Shown here: positions 1 to 13,618 of the stretch, piece after piece
Layout of the letters: every line of letters begins with the position of its first letter
How positions within the stretch are numbered: position 1 is the first letter of the stretch
Source: Ruditapes philippinarum
Taxonomy: Eukaryota
Assembly: GCF_026571515.1 (NCBI RefSeq)
Contig: NW_026863344.1
Coordinates: 1-64,000 of the forward strand
DNA length: 64,000 nucleotides
Direction of reading: 5' to 3'
Notes under the pieces: model-generated
Databases searched by the model: none
What the model was told of the DNA's origin: nothing
The model's input: the letters and a program-made list of their open reading frames with translations, nothing else
Translations under genes and position numbers: made by a program

Positions 1-322
1 CCCAAAGCAGAGTTTAGATATTAAGAATGAAACATCTTCTAGTGAGTGTCTACAAAGATTGTTCAAATAAAAGCCCTGGGATCAAAACTGGCCCGTGCCC
101 CAGGGCTGGCATTGTTTTTAAATATATGTGTAAATTTTTTTTTTTTTAAATCTTCTTTTAAAAAACCCAATGAGCTAGACCTTAGATGTTTAGCATGAAA
201 CATCTTCTAATGGGTGACTATTAAGTTTGTTCAAATAAAAGCCCTGGGGTTTTAACTGGCCCCGCTCCGGGGGGCCTATATACAGGTGAGCGACTTAATG
301 GCCATCATGGCCCTCTTGTTTT
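1..322 (+). mobile_element. 3' end of a non-autonomous Helentron/HINE-like element with ~165 bp internal repeats
   Basis: Two related units (GAAACATCTTCTA...TGTTCAAATAAAAGCCCTGGG) followed by CAGGTGAGCGA, a short palindrome GGCCATCATGGCC and CTCTTGTTTTT; same repeat unit as at 63022-63130. Confidence 0.65.
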
Positions 323-2259
323 TAATTCTTATGTACTAAATAGTTGAAATGATTCTTAAAAATCCTTTTAATAAGTTTTAAAAAAGAATTTTCAGGATAA
401 AATTATGAATTTTGGCCAGTTTTTTTCATTTATAATAGACATAAATTTGGCTATTTGAAAACTATATATAGATGCAAAAAAGTAGGAAAAATGTTAATCT
501 TTTAATAACAAGCCATGGTTAGTAAATTTTAAGCTCTTGTAGTTTAATTGTCAAAATGCCTCTTTATTGTATCACATACATAAGAGGAGTTCTGAGTTCA
601 AATCTCAGCAAGAGTTCTTATTTGCTGATTCATGGTTTGTAAAATTAAAATAGGGCTATGAATTTTTATGTCTATATTAAAGTTTTTGTTTTTATAAGTC
701 ATTGTTTTTATTTTAATAAGTTATTGTTTTTATTTGACAGTTATTAAAATCAAGGTTTTTTTAAACTTGATTAGAACTCTGACAGTATGATTTAAAAAAA
801 AAAAAACTATTCTTATTTAATGAAATTTTCCGAGAATCTATCATAGTATAAAGCGACTTGACGAGTAAAATATCACTTGCCACAATGTCCAAGCGTAAAT
901 AGTGTTTGACAAATGGTAAAATGTTCTTAATTTCCTGTACGTTTTCTAACTTTTGACATCTGCTTACTCAATTGCCGGCATATAATATGATAATATCTCG
1001 TGAAATTCGCTCATATCTAACACCCGACCGCGGATCGGCAAACCTGTGAGGAATACTAAATGATCAAGGAGTACTATACGAATGCTAAATGCAAGATTTC
1101 AAAATGGCCCAAAATATTTCCCATTTCAAATAAGACCAAGCTTGTCTGTCGATTTTCGTGTTGACCGTGCATTTCATATTGTGCATGTTTTTCACGTATT
1201 TGCCGTTTCTGTTAAAATGAAATTTTTGTCTTGATATTCAATCAATATTTCAAGTGTGAAATGAATATCTGTGATGTTTTTGGGGAAAAATATAAAAAGG
1301 GAGAAATGCCTTTCAATATCATCTTAATTCCTTTAGAAATGCATTTCCTTTTATATAAAATAAGTATTTTATGTTTTAAGTGAATATGTTTGAATTTTTA
1401 AGCAATAAGCCGTAACCAAAAGGTTAATCAAGACGAAAACATAATCGAAAACATAACCAAAAAGGTTAACCAACGCCGACACGTTTAGCTTTTCATTAAT
1501 AAAAAAAAAATCATTTCTTGGGAGTAAATAGTTAGCTGTCATTTGGTCACGGAGGCCCCTCATACCTTTTGATATAAATGCAAATATTGTGTTAAACAAT
1601 AGCTGAAAGTAATGACATATGATATACAATCATATCAAACATCAAACACATATCAGTTTCCGCCGCCTAATTCCTTTAAGTATGCAAGTCATATAGGTGA
1701 TTGCATTTGGAAACCCGTTGAAAAACAAGGCAATGTCAAAACTCAAGTTAACCATTTTTTACGTCCCCGCGAGGGGTTTGACATTATCGGAAGATGGATA
1801 ACAACCGCATTTACATTAATTATTAGAGCAAAATCAGCTCCTAACTAACGATACGCTACAAGTAAACATAAGATTTGAACTTTTATCATTTTGAAATTAA
1901 CTGTACATTGTAGTCTTTTAAATTTAAATGCATTGGCTGCAGTTGTATTAACAAAAATATTAGCGAAACAAAGTAACCACAATTAAATGATATCATATTC
2001 GACATTCAAGTATAATCTTTCATAAGCATTAGCTTAATTATTATGTCACTGGTTTACTGTATGAAAATTGTTTGGTCTTTGGGCCCGGATCAGTGGGTTT
2101 GAGTGCTATATTTTCCTTGAATACTTAAATTGTTCAGATGTGTGTTGAGGAACATCAGTCATTGATAAAATAGAGAAAAAAAGAACCATAAAGAAAGTCC
2201 AAAACGGCAAAATTGAAAATGTTGCAGGTTCCATTTGATAAAGTCCAAATTAACACTGT

Positions 2260-3222
2260 CCCGGTAATGGCCACGGTATCGCTACTGTGTCTTAAGCTGG
2301 TGAACCGAGGTGTTCCGTGGTGTTTTTCTGAGAAATCAAATTGCGTTTACACATCCCCGACAGAGCCCAGGTGTATTCCCGGTTCAGAACCCGATATAGC
2401 ACCGGATATATACGATAAGCGCCGATGCTAAATAGGTGTATTCCCGCTTGATTCCGGTGGAAACCCGACTAGACACGGTTTCATCACGGTCCATCCCGAC
2501 CATCGCCGTTTTTGCCACGGTAATGCTATTGGTGATGCCGGTACTGTGCCGGTGACGCCCTGGTAATGCACCGATGCTTCCTGTTCAAGTTTATGAGAAT
2601 AAAATGACTGACCACGTTGGCATCAGTCATTTGGTAAAAAGACAGCAGAGATGCCATCCGAAGGAAAGGGGATGGAAGTTAGAAAAAAACTGTGTCTACA
2701 ACACCTTCAGAGGTTGAGGTACCTGAAGCTGAAAATGCACCAGCTGAAGAATTTTTCCTTCTCTCATTTAAAAAATTGTCCATGGTCGTGTTCCTTCTCT
2801 AAACAACATGATCCAAAGTAGCACTTCAAGTTTATATATTCCTGTTCTTTAAATTTCCTGTATCGGCATGAGGTCGTTACACCACCGTCTATCATCGTTG
2901 TATAACTGTACTTGTCTGCAATATCCGGGACATTACCGGCTCCAACCGGAGCGTTATTGCCAGTGACCTAAATGTACCCTGGCTCTACCGTAGCTCTGCC
3001 TGTTTTACCGTGACAACATCGCGTCATCACCGGGACTTTGCCGTTTGGACATTGATTGACACGCATCCCGGTTTACTACGATTTGTCACGGTATGGATGC
3101 AGTATAGATACGGTGGTGTCCCGGCAATTCCCTGTTCCAAGCCGATAGAACACGGATTTGGGCTTCCTCTCGGTGAGTGCCGGTATCAAACAACGACCCA
3201 ATGCCGGTTTACCACGGTCAGA
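2260..3222. mobile_element. GC-rich, CCGG-rich degenerate DNA-transposon-like repeat
   Basis: GC-rich flanks around an AT-rich core; shares motifs (CCGGGACTTTGCCG, GGCTCTACCG, GCTCTGCC) with 49630-50490. Boundaries are approximate. Confidence 0.4.
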
Positions 3223-5261
3223 TAATACAAGAAAACGAAATAGCTTGCAACTGAAGTCCGCTCGTATACAAGCAACTTTCAAGGTTATACAAAGTGTTTG
3301 ATAAAACGGCTCATATACTGAATGAAAAACACTTTTCTATGGCAAGCTTACATTTTTCTCCGAAGAATAGTGCATATCCCAAAGAAATCGGTGCAGAAAT
3401 AAAATACTTACGGCTATTTTCCTTTTCGAATCGAGCAATATTTGTCTTGGAAATGATGCCGAAAATGACATGCAGGTCACGTGGTATTGCTACACTGTGT
3501 AATATACATGTAGTTATCTATAGTGTTTTAATTATTTTGGTAGATTCCAATCAATATCGATTTTATTTATTTTATAGGTGAAGATTGTAGAGGAAGACTT
3601 TTACTGCTTCCTCCACAAATAAATTTTAACAAGATATGTACTTTGTTGCAAAAACTTATGACCTTACGATCATCGTCATAATTATGAAAGTAATTATCGT
3701 TCCTGGCTGAAGTCGAATCCATGGCAATAAATGGGAATTTTCGAGTGATCAACATGACTTGTTATGTTAATTTCAAGAAATTGAAAATAGAAGTCTTCGA
3801 GTAGTCCTAAGTCATTTGTTGCACAAGCTTTTTCAAGTCAACATATTCAAGGTCAGGGTATCGCATTGTAACATGGCCAGCGATTGGCAAAGTGCAGGGT
3901 TAACCATATGATTAATTTATACATGAGGTGATTGGATGACAATGGGGTATTTTTAAGTATAAAAACTAATTTAGAAAGTAACACTACATTGTTTTCTGAA
4001 GAAAATTAAATATTTCATGAGTCTCTATGATAATTTTGACTTGGATATTTGCATTTATAAAAAGTGTATGTCAGAAAATTTCAATAAAATGGGGGGTAAT
4101 CCTCTTTGTAGTCATTTTGCAAAAAATTTGGTTGGCTACCCCTATATAACAGGAACATTTTTATGTGTCAGGCATTTCATTCTGCTAGGAAAATCACCTC
4201 TTTAGCATGAAAACTCAATTTTAAGGTAGGAGTAGGGACCATTTCTTATAATGTAAGTCTATGGAAATATCAATGTGAGTGTCTGACCTCAAACGCATTA
4301 CCAATGTGTTAGAGCTCAGTTATTTTGCCTACTTCACGTGAATTAGTTTATACATATTATAAAGAAAGTTTTAAATACAATCTTACCACAATTTGTCCAT
4401 GTAAACTTGGCATTTGCGGCTAGGAAAAGGAAAGAAAGAATTATTCCGATGAATATTTTAATCATGATGCCGGCTGTTCGTGTCACTGTGCCAAGTGTTT
4501 ATTACTTTGAAAGGAACTTACGACTGCACTGCTTTATCAAATAGAGGTCATTGCACTGACCCTAAAGATAAGACATCATGTTGGAACACACGTTAATATA
4601 CATGTACTATAGTCTATAATTCGTCGTATGACGATGTATAATTAGCGTAACGAAATCGACTAAAATATCATTTTTGTTTCATGTTGTTTTTTTTTTTAAT
4701 CACATAAAAACAACCTTCGCGTGAGGCAGTATTAATATTTAAACCATTATGGTAGCAGGATTAACAGCAGAAACACGTGAATATAATTGTTTACTTTTTT
4801 TTACTAATAAGGAACTAAACACACTTGGGGAGTACGGATAACGTCGCAAAACAACAATCGGCAAATAATATGAAACTTATTTTTTTTATCATAAATTGTC
4901 TATGAAAATGAGTTTGGTAGAATTTGAGATTCATCAGCAAATGGTATTTCAACGTGTTAAAGATAAATTAATTCATCACGTGGTTTTGTCATCTCTGTCA
5001 GGACAGAGATCTTGCAGACGATATATTGGTCATGTGACGCCTCACGATTCATTACAATATAATGTCCTCATTAAAGACCTATTTCATAACATTTTGTATT
5101 TTTATTATCAGGTTACATAAAACAATGTAAGTATGACATCACATGTAAGTAATCATTAGATGCTCCTGGATAATTATAGAACAGAGCGTGTCGTCTGCGG
5201 CTATATGTAAATCTTAGATCCCCTTACGAAAAATTGTGTGTGTATTTTTAATTGCTAAATG

Positions 5262-5691
5262 TACGGAAGCGTCCTGGTGCCAATTCAATATGCTCTATAA
5301 AAAATAACTCCTGCGTAGGACTTTGTAACTCCTACGTAGGAGATAAAAAAAACCTAATTAGGAGTTTTGAAGTCCTACGTAGGACTTTCAAACTCCTATG
5401 TAGGACTTTATATCTCCTGCTTAGGAGTTAAAAAAAGCCTAATAAGGAGTCCTACGAAGGAGTTTAAAAGTCCTACGTATGAATTTATAACTTCTACGTA
5501 GGACTTTATATGTGTTTCTCTACTTAGGAGTTATAAAGTCCTACGTAGGAGTTATAAACTCCTAATTAGGCTTTTTTTTATCTCCTACGTAGGAGTTATA
5601 AAGTCCTACGTAAGAGAAAGGTACAAAGTCCTACTTAGGAGTAATCTTTTTTTTATAGAACATGTTAAATTGGCACCACGACGCTTCCGTA
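5262..5691. mobile_element. TA-flanked MITE with an internal array of palindromic CTCCTACGTAGGAG units
   Basis: TIRs TACGGAAGCGTCCTGGTGCCAATT / AATTGGCACCACGACGCTTCCGTA; interior built of ~21 bp units centred on CCTACGTAGG. Confidence 0.85.
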
Positions 5692-7235
5692 TTTATAAAT
5701 GTGATCAAATGGAAGCCTTAAAAATCCTCTTACTGCAATCACAATGCAAGCATATATTACACGGCCTTAAATCTTCTTTATTTACTTCGAAAAATTTAGC
5801 GAGCATATTAAATATAATTAATTTTATTAAATGGACACAACTATTCAACACTTTAACTAAATCCCCGCAGCGATTACCTCCCCTGACTCCTGTTTTGATA
5901 ACAAATATATATATTAGAAGTCCATGTACCTGAAATTAAAACTTAAAGGTACAATTGTATTTTTAAGCTATCGGTCTCGCTGTTATTATTATTTAATTTT
6001 AGTATAGTATGTTTTTGGGTGTCTTTCTACTTTGGCCGGGAACCTTCATGTTTGCTGGAAGCAATAAGCTTATAGATACACTTCCGAACCCCTCCTGGAA
6101 CCTACCAGTACTAAGCAATGAATTTAAAGATTCTTGCTCAAAGTTGTTTTGCCCCTGATGGGGGTTTGTTTCAGACACGAGAATGTATCACAATACCACC
6201 GAAGGCTTGCTAGAATTGTAGTTTTGATCGATTTGATCCTTTAAATTTCCACATCCATGCAGATGTTACAATTGATTATAGTGTTTGTGTAGAAATAGAA
6301 TTAAAAAACCTTGTAAAGTTGGAGAACACTTTGAATACCGACAAGAAGGAAGTTCAGCGAATAAAAGCAAATATATCTATACAGGGCACCCACCACAAGT
6401 CTCTCAGAGAAAATTCCGAGACTGGGGCTCAAGTCTTTAAGTCCGTGGGAAGGCTTAGAGATTTGAAGCTGGTTCGATTATGTTGAGGTGTGGGGGCCGG
6501 GTATTTTAATTAAGATTTCTGGTCAACTGTTAACCAAAGTGATGATTGAGTTATGCAGCATACATTGACGGGAGGGACGGAATTGAAGGCTGCAATTATG
6601 AAATGTTTATCAGTTTTTATATACTTCAGATAAAACCGCATCTGTACTGTATTGTCAGAAAGCATGATTGCTGCCTTTCAAATGTAGTAACCGATTTTTT
6701 AAGCGAGTATGTGCCCGAATTTGGAAAAAAATAACTCGAGTGTGCAAATGATCTGAAATCTTGCACTCGAGTTTAGCCATCAAATAGTAAGCAAACCTCA
6801 GTGGAGTCACTAAAAAGTGCATGTGTTCTTATAAATGGTAAGATGTCCACTGGTTAAAACAATGTGGTTAAATGAGCAACAACTTGTTTTTAAAGCAAAC
6901 TGATTTTTTTATTGATTGCTTGATAATGATATAGCAAGGCGAAAAAAAGTGTTCTTAACATTTCAAATATTTGACATGATCTTGAAAATCAAGTAAGCAA
7001 ATTCCTCTAGCTAAAGTATGATATCAAATGCCTGTATTTTAGTTTCCTCTGAATATATCTAAATTTTAAGATATCTTATATACAATATACTAATCAGTTG
7101 TTGTAAAATCCCTTTTTATATGTATACATTCTCAGTAAACAACCTCCTGTACAAATGTGTAAATGAAGAACACAAACTGTGATATCCGTTAACAATAACA
7201 CAAATGTAGGTATAAAATCAGTATACAAAATTATG

Positions 7236-7466
7236 TTAAAGGCCCAAACCGAATTATCTTAGATATTTAGAAAATTCAAATAATTTTTAATTTATTCATA
7301 CAAAATACTTGTAAAAAATTATCAAAGAATATTTGTTACCAATTTCTAATTCTAAGACAGGAATAATTTTGAGTTTCATGAATGAGTTGCCAGTTTTTCA
7401 TGCTTTGATTTATGAATTTTCAATATTAAGAAGTTAAATAATATTGTTGTAATATTGGGCCTTTAA
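7236..7466. mobile_element. TTAA-flanked MITE (Kolobok-like termini)
   Basis: TTAA-AGGCCCAA ... TTGGGCCT-TTAA. Confidence 0.55.
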
Positions 7467-8432
7467 ACACTATCTTTCTAACAGTAATAAACTTTATAAA
7501 AAATCAACCTGATATTTACAATCTTGCCACTTCTATCATATAACAGGTATTTTTCATTGGTTGCAAATAGTGAATGTAATCAAATATAACGTCAATGGTT
7601 AAATATACATGTAGTAGCATAATGTATTATGGCAGCTTTTTGTAAAACCCTAATAAAGGTTGAAAGATCTATGGCTGAAAAATGGCACTTTTTATCTTCA
7701 GATGTCCATCTTACTAAATGTATTAATACTTATTTAAACATGTACTAAAGGCTGATAAATTTGCCCCTGTTTTAGCTGTTTCTATATTTCCCTCGACCTA
7801 TTCATGCACAATGGTTGTGGATAGTTCCTGTTCCAACTGTGGCCAACAATAAATGAATGATTAATAACTGCCAGACAAGATAAAAAGTAGTTAGTAATGC
7901 CATTGTTAACATACTTCTCTTTCACCTTATCACCTGTTGTATCAACTAACGATCATTTTCTGCAGCAACAGCCAAGATGTGGATAGGCCAGATAAATGAA
8001 GCTTATTGGAAAATTAAATCAGGATTTCTGAAACGTGAAAAACTAGAAAATAAATGTTTGTTAATTAACATGGAACATAAATGTCTTCAATGAACAAAAC
8101 AAAACTTTCCCCATCGTTTTTTTAGATCTCTTATGATAGCGTAATCTTGCTTTTGGTCTTCTGTATTTGTCAATGGTTTTCCTCTTGCTAATACACATTC
8201 ACTGCAAACAGGCCTAAACTCAGCTCTTCATTCTTTATGGTTTGTGTTAAAACAGACTTTTTTTAATTTCTTCATGTTGTAATATTATTTCAATTACTTC
8301 AAACTTATTTATAAACGTTTGGTTACGTATTCATTCTAGAATATTTTCTTGATGTCAAGAGTTATCTTTCATTACTTCAAAATTGCAGATTTTAATACCA
8401 TTGACAAAACTTTCTTTAACACTGATAGGGTC

Positions 8433-11400
8433 TTATTTCCCATCTCCCCTTTCTTTTTCAACTGCCACAACTTGTTTATCTTTCTTCAAATCTTTTTTCA
8501 GATGATCTATCGGTATTAGATGCTCCTTAGGGGCAACAACCGTTGGCTGGACTGGAGCCTCGATTTGGAGAACGCCATCATTGGTTAGACTGGACTGCAG
8601 CTTTTTTGGATCCACGTTTTCCGGAAGTGTGCACTCCCTGAAGAATTCTTGGTAAAACTTACGGCCATCTTCTTCGTGAGCGTGTCTTGCATGGACTTTC
8701 AATGTGTTGTCTTGGGTCTGCACGGTTATTTCATTTGGCTTGAACTTGCTGCAGTTAAACCTCAAGCTAAATTTATGTTGCCCTTTTGGATCTGAAGTAA
8801 ACAAAATACATTTGATTTAAGTATTGCTGCAGTTTAAATTACTTTGACAAAGCAAGTTCGCAAGGTCCTAATGTTAGCTGTTTTGCAATGCTTAGCTGAG
8901 CGACAAGAGCGGCGTTTTCTTTTATCGTCAATTTCTTTTTTTTTACCGTGACAGCCACCTTTTAGTACACCAACATTGCTTTATATATAATTAAATTGTG
9001 AACTCATCAATATACATGACAATTCCACAGACACACGAGGGAGGTTTTCTGAACATTCATTTTAACCGGTATCTGTAAACTTTGTAAGACTATACGGAAT
9101 TTGTACCGTATGTTCCGGCGATGAAATTTCGAATGTTGAACTAAATAATCAGCCCTACCTACTTTACGAAAATGCAAAATAATTCAATACTCGCCTCAGT
9201 AATATTTACATATTTTCCGTTCATTAAATTTCCAGGAGAACAAAGGTATGCTTACGTCATAAATTATCGAATTCTTACAGAACCGGACATAAGTTGTTCA
9301 TTAAATTTCCAGGAGAATAAACGTATGTTTTCGTCATAAATTATCGAATTCATACAGAACCGGACATAAGTTTACAAAAATGAAATTTATGTAATTCATA
9401 AATTAATTGATAAATATTATTGATAAATTGAGATTTTTCTCTAAGACAGCGTTATTAAAGTCTTGATAACTGAGTGGGACGAAATAACTGAGGGCAACGA
9501 ACCACGATCTTGTATAGTATTTTTTTTCACATCCATAACTTTGTCCAAAAATTAAATCATTATATCTTCAGTTCTCAACATCTAATGTAAATCTTTTGCA
9601 ATTAGTTCTAGGTTGACCCAAATATTGACTAGATTAGTAATCTGACATAATACAGGAAGGTAAATAATCAAACACCGACAAAAATCCTTCAAATGTTTTT
9701 GTTTGTTTTTATTTTCTCCTTCTTCTAATAAACATTTGATATTAAAATTTTAGGCTTAAATCGGCAATTATAAGATTTTACTTTTCAACTCATTCTGTAA
9801 CTGTGTAGTATGTACACACGTATCATACAAAAGTTTTGTAACAAAACAAAATATTGACATTCGAGTGTTAGGTATGCCAAAAAATCCTTGTCGGACGGTG
9901 ATTCTGTAATGCTTGTCTATCAGAACAAATACCCCCCCTAGATTAATAAGCGCAAAATTTATTTCTTATTAAGATATTATTGTGGTATATGCGTAAATCA
10001 TGCACATACGTCCGTAAACTAGAACAATGCACAAGAAGATTTTAGACCGTCCATGTTGTATAGGGTGCACAGTACAGTCTCGGAACGCCCAGATATATTT
10101 ACACAAAAGACATTGATAAGTATAAATAATCACCCATTAAAGTTTAGAAAACAATGTGCCACGCATGGCCCAGCTAAAAGCAACCGCGGAAACAGTGAAG
10201 AAAAAAGGGCCATAAAAGCCAATTCAATTAATAGTACAATGTAATAGCCACTAAAACAATTCATCACAACATATCTTTCAATCACCTGTACATTTTTTGT
10301 AAAACTGTGTACGTTTAACATGTTTAAAGCCAATGACTTTTAATAGTTTTTAGGTGTGTAGATAAACAGCTATATCAAGGTCGAGGTCATTGACCGGGCG
10401 CAACCTTTTAAATCAAGATATTGATTCATAAACTCTCCACCAATTACTTTATCAGAATAGAATAGAACAGAACAGATTTTTTTACTTTGTTTAAGCATAC
10501 CTAGGCTAATTAATGGTTTATCAAAGCAATGTGACTACAAATATTTCACGTTTAACTTTTTTTTTAAATATTATTAATGGTAATATACTAATATGCAAAA
10601 AAAATAAATTAAAAAATCCTAATTCATATTCATTGTAGTATAAATACATCGAACCTGTGAAAAGTCACCTTAAGATGAGAAAAACATGGCCTTTATACAC
10701 AAAATGTCTTTATTTGAGATCTTTATCCACAGGTGGTCCTTAACACAGGTTGAACTGTACTGTATAATTAACAATATGATCAACACAAGTCAATACAAAT
10801 AACAAAATGTAAATAACAAGAGCAACACCATTTCTTTTAATGTGGTGTCATATATTTGATCTGCAGCCATATTATCAAAACACCAAATAGAAAACAAATA
10901 AATCTTTTTAAAGATTCAAATCATTGATTGATAAGATATTAAAATGTAGTTAAATGCTTACAGGCAATGAACCAATATATCTTTTCTCAAAATCGTGTTT
11001 ACATGAATAACAATGAAATGTCTTATTAGTGAAGTAAAACATGAAAGTGAGTTCGCTTGCACTAAAACCCGACATAATTTATGCATATTGAAAACATGAC
11101 TTGTGTATTTCACTAATAATTTCATAATTTAGAATCTACCATGAAATAACTGTATCTTGCTGGGTGTTGTAAGGATACAAACGTTGATAATACTGGTACA
11201 GTAGAGTAAAAAAATGAAAAGAAAAAAACGCCAGAAAACAGTTCGTACACTTTTAAGATGGATACGTGACATGTACATCTTGTTATGATATTAGAAGCTC
11301 ATGTATATACCCCACGCAGTCCTTGACCTATATTAAGTACGTACGTACGTACGCACGTACGTACAGCAGAACCGTTTCATATTTGAGCGAATAATATATG

Positions 11401-11820
11401 CCATGCAAAAAATTCTGAAACACAATGTTGAATAAACATTGGCACAACTGTGCGCTATTTACAGATCAAATGCAAACAATGAAGATATTAAATTTCATTT
11501 TCTTATCGTAATGGTATTAACAGATGCTTTTTTTTTCTACTGTATGTAAATCATTATAAATTTAAATCATTCTGACATAATGCATTAAGCCTACCTGTAA
11601 TGAAAGGCTGTCGTAAATCCAGATTCACTGGTTGTTCGTCCATCCGAAGCATTTCTCTCCGAATCTTGTCCAGTTCCTTATCAAACCGGATTCGGGACTC
11701 TTCAAAACTCCCCATTCGCCAGTCATCGTCAAAAAGATGCAGCCATTCCGAGAACAAATCTCGCTGTCGGTCAAAATATCCAAAATCCCACTTTGATAGC
11801 GGCACAATATCCCAGGACAT
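8433..11820 (-). CDS. Small heat shock protein (HSP20/alpha-crystallin family), copy 1; coding exons 11820-11595 and 8791-8433, 194 aa
   Basis: Exon 1 MSWDIVPLSKWDFGYFDRQRDLF...PFIT ends at a phase-1 GTAGG donor; exon 2 after a TTCAG acceptor encodes an alpha-crystallin domain (FSLRFNCSKFKPNEITV...LQSSLTNDGVLQIEAP) and a C-terminal IXI-type motif (LIPI). Spliced length 585 nt is in frame. A probable 5'UTR intron lies at 11887-12099 (GTAAGT donor, pyrimidine tract + TAG acceptor). Confidence 0.93.
9219..9372. repeat. Tandem duplication, 2 x ~77 bp, in the sHSP copy 1 intron
   Basis: GTTCATTAAATTTCCAGGAGAA...CAGAACCGGACATAAGTT occurs twice back to back. Confidence 0.85.
10646..10759. mobile_element. 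Short Tc1/mariner-type MITE remnant
   Basis: Imperfect TIRs TACATCGAACCTGTG / CACAGGTTGAACTGTA with TA ends. Confidence 0.5.
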
Positions 11821-12360
11821 GTTTTAGCAGGATGTTCACTCGATGTTGTACGGTGATTTTACTTCTCTAACGCTCTCGTGCGGGTTCTACATTGAGGTGA
11901 AAAAAAAGTAGAAAACATTAGTTCTATTTTTAGACAGCAATACTCTTTAAAGGTTAACTATCTCAACAGATGGATTGATTTTTCTTTCTATGGTGTGTAA
12001 TCACAAATCCACATTTATAAGAATGATTTTATTTTATGTTAAACATATTTTGTTATATGTCTGCATAATTTTGGGAGCAAATAAATAAACAGTACTTACC
12101 AATCTATCTTTTACTCCGGTTGTCTGAAGCAATTTTTAGTATAGATTGTTCACCTTTAACAAAAAATGAGCATGCGCATTCACCGTCGCTAAATTTATCT
12201 CAAGAATAGAAAAAATGAATGCAAAAACTTATCATTTAGCCATATAAAACAATTAATTTTCAATAATTTTGATGCTGCAGAATTAAAGGAAAGATAGATC
12301 GATAAAATGGCTAAATTTTTCTGATTCACAATTTTACGTAACACGGATACTGCGTCAGAG

Positions 12361-12470
12361 AGAATTCTCTAGAAGCATCCAATATGCTGTACATGTTTAT
12401 CGTCCTTGAATGTTCGCGAATGTTCTATTTTTAACTAGGTATTTTCCGTCTTTTCGCCAATATATAAATA
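12361..12470. promoter_or_regulatory. Heat shock elements and TATA box of the divergent sHSP pair
   Basis: Perfect four-pentamer HSE tGAAt-gTTCg-cGAAt-gTTCt at 12407-12426; imperfect HSE aGAAt-tcTCt-aGAAg at 12361-12375; MEF2-type CTATTTTTAA at 12425-12434; TATATAAATA at 12461-12470, about 90 nt before the plus-strand ATG. Confidence 0.8.
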
Positions 12471-12559
12471 GACCGCGATCATGCACACGGAAGTCAAACT
12501 AAATTCAAACAGCTGATTTTCACCAGAGCAAAGAAAATTGCAGAAAAGTAAAAGTAATT

Positions 12560-13618
12560 ATGTCTATGCTACCGCATTCGAGGTTGAATTTTGGATATTT
12601 TGACCGACAGATGGACTTATTTCCGGACTGGGTGCATTTGTTTAACAATGACTGGCGCATGGCAAATTACACGGACTCTCGGCTTCGGTTCGGTCGTCTG
12701 CTGGAAAAAGTCCGACGAGAAATGGAGAGAATGGACGTCCAGCCTATCAACATGGATTTACGAAATCCATTTATAACAGGTAAGTTGATCCATAGATTTC
12801 TTTACTCTTTTTTTTTGTTCATATTAATAGATCTATATTTTTCCTCAGCCGGGGTTTGACTCAATGGAAGAGATACAATATAGTAAAATGCATGTTTATA
12901 GAGGTGACAGTATGGTAAATATTGTAGATCTATGTGTTTATGTATATTTTCCTGAATAAATCGACATGGAATATCTTACGTTTCACTGTATGAACAGTAA
13001 AGTTATGTTGTTTCGATAATCTTATGGTCTTCATGAGTTGATATGCTAACGAATGAAATGTCCTGGAGCAAAATATTTATATCAGTGCTCTCTTAAGTAG
13101 GCAATGGTGACGTGCATGCGCAATTTGCTCATACCTATTTCTTTCATTTTTGAAGTGTCCTTTCTTTCAAAATGAAAATTACACACATAGCTTTATGTAT
13201 ATACTTTGCCGCAAAATATCTATACATATATGATTTTAATTCATTTTTTATAGATCCCGAAGGTCAGCACAAATTCACCCTTCGCTTTGACTGCAGTCAG
13301 TTCAAACCGGACGAAATAAGCGTGAAGACACATGACGGCCGACTTCGCGTGCACGCAAAACACGTGCACGAAGAAGATGATCGCAAAGTGTATCAAGAGT
13401 TTTATAGGGAGTGCGTACTTCCGGAAAATGTTGATCCAGAAACGCTAAAGTCATGTCTCACCGAGGATGGCGTTCTTCAAATCGAGGCTCCTGTTCCGAG
13501 CACAGTTATTGCACCAAAAGAACATTTGATTCCAATTGAGCATCTTAAAAGGGACACTAGAAAAGACAGACAGGTGGTACCATTTACGGAGGAGGAAGAT
13601 GGTCAAAGTCCTCAGTAA
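12560..13618 (+). CDS. Small heat shock protein (HSP20/alpha-crystallin family), copy 2; coding exons 12560-12779 and 13254-13618, 194 aa
   Basis: Paralog of copy 1 (FGYFDRQ.DLF..W.HLF..DWRM; ACD FTLRFDCSQFKPDEISV...LTEDGVLQIEAP; LIPI). Same intron position and phase (GTAAG...TATAG); 585 nt spliced CDS. Confidence 0.94.

Noticed and set aside
11337-11364. (GTAC)n palindromic run in the sHSP intron as a regulatory element
   Set aside because: Short simple repeat with no supporting context.
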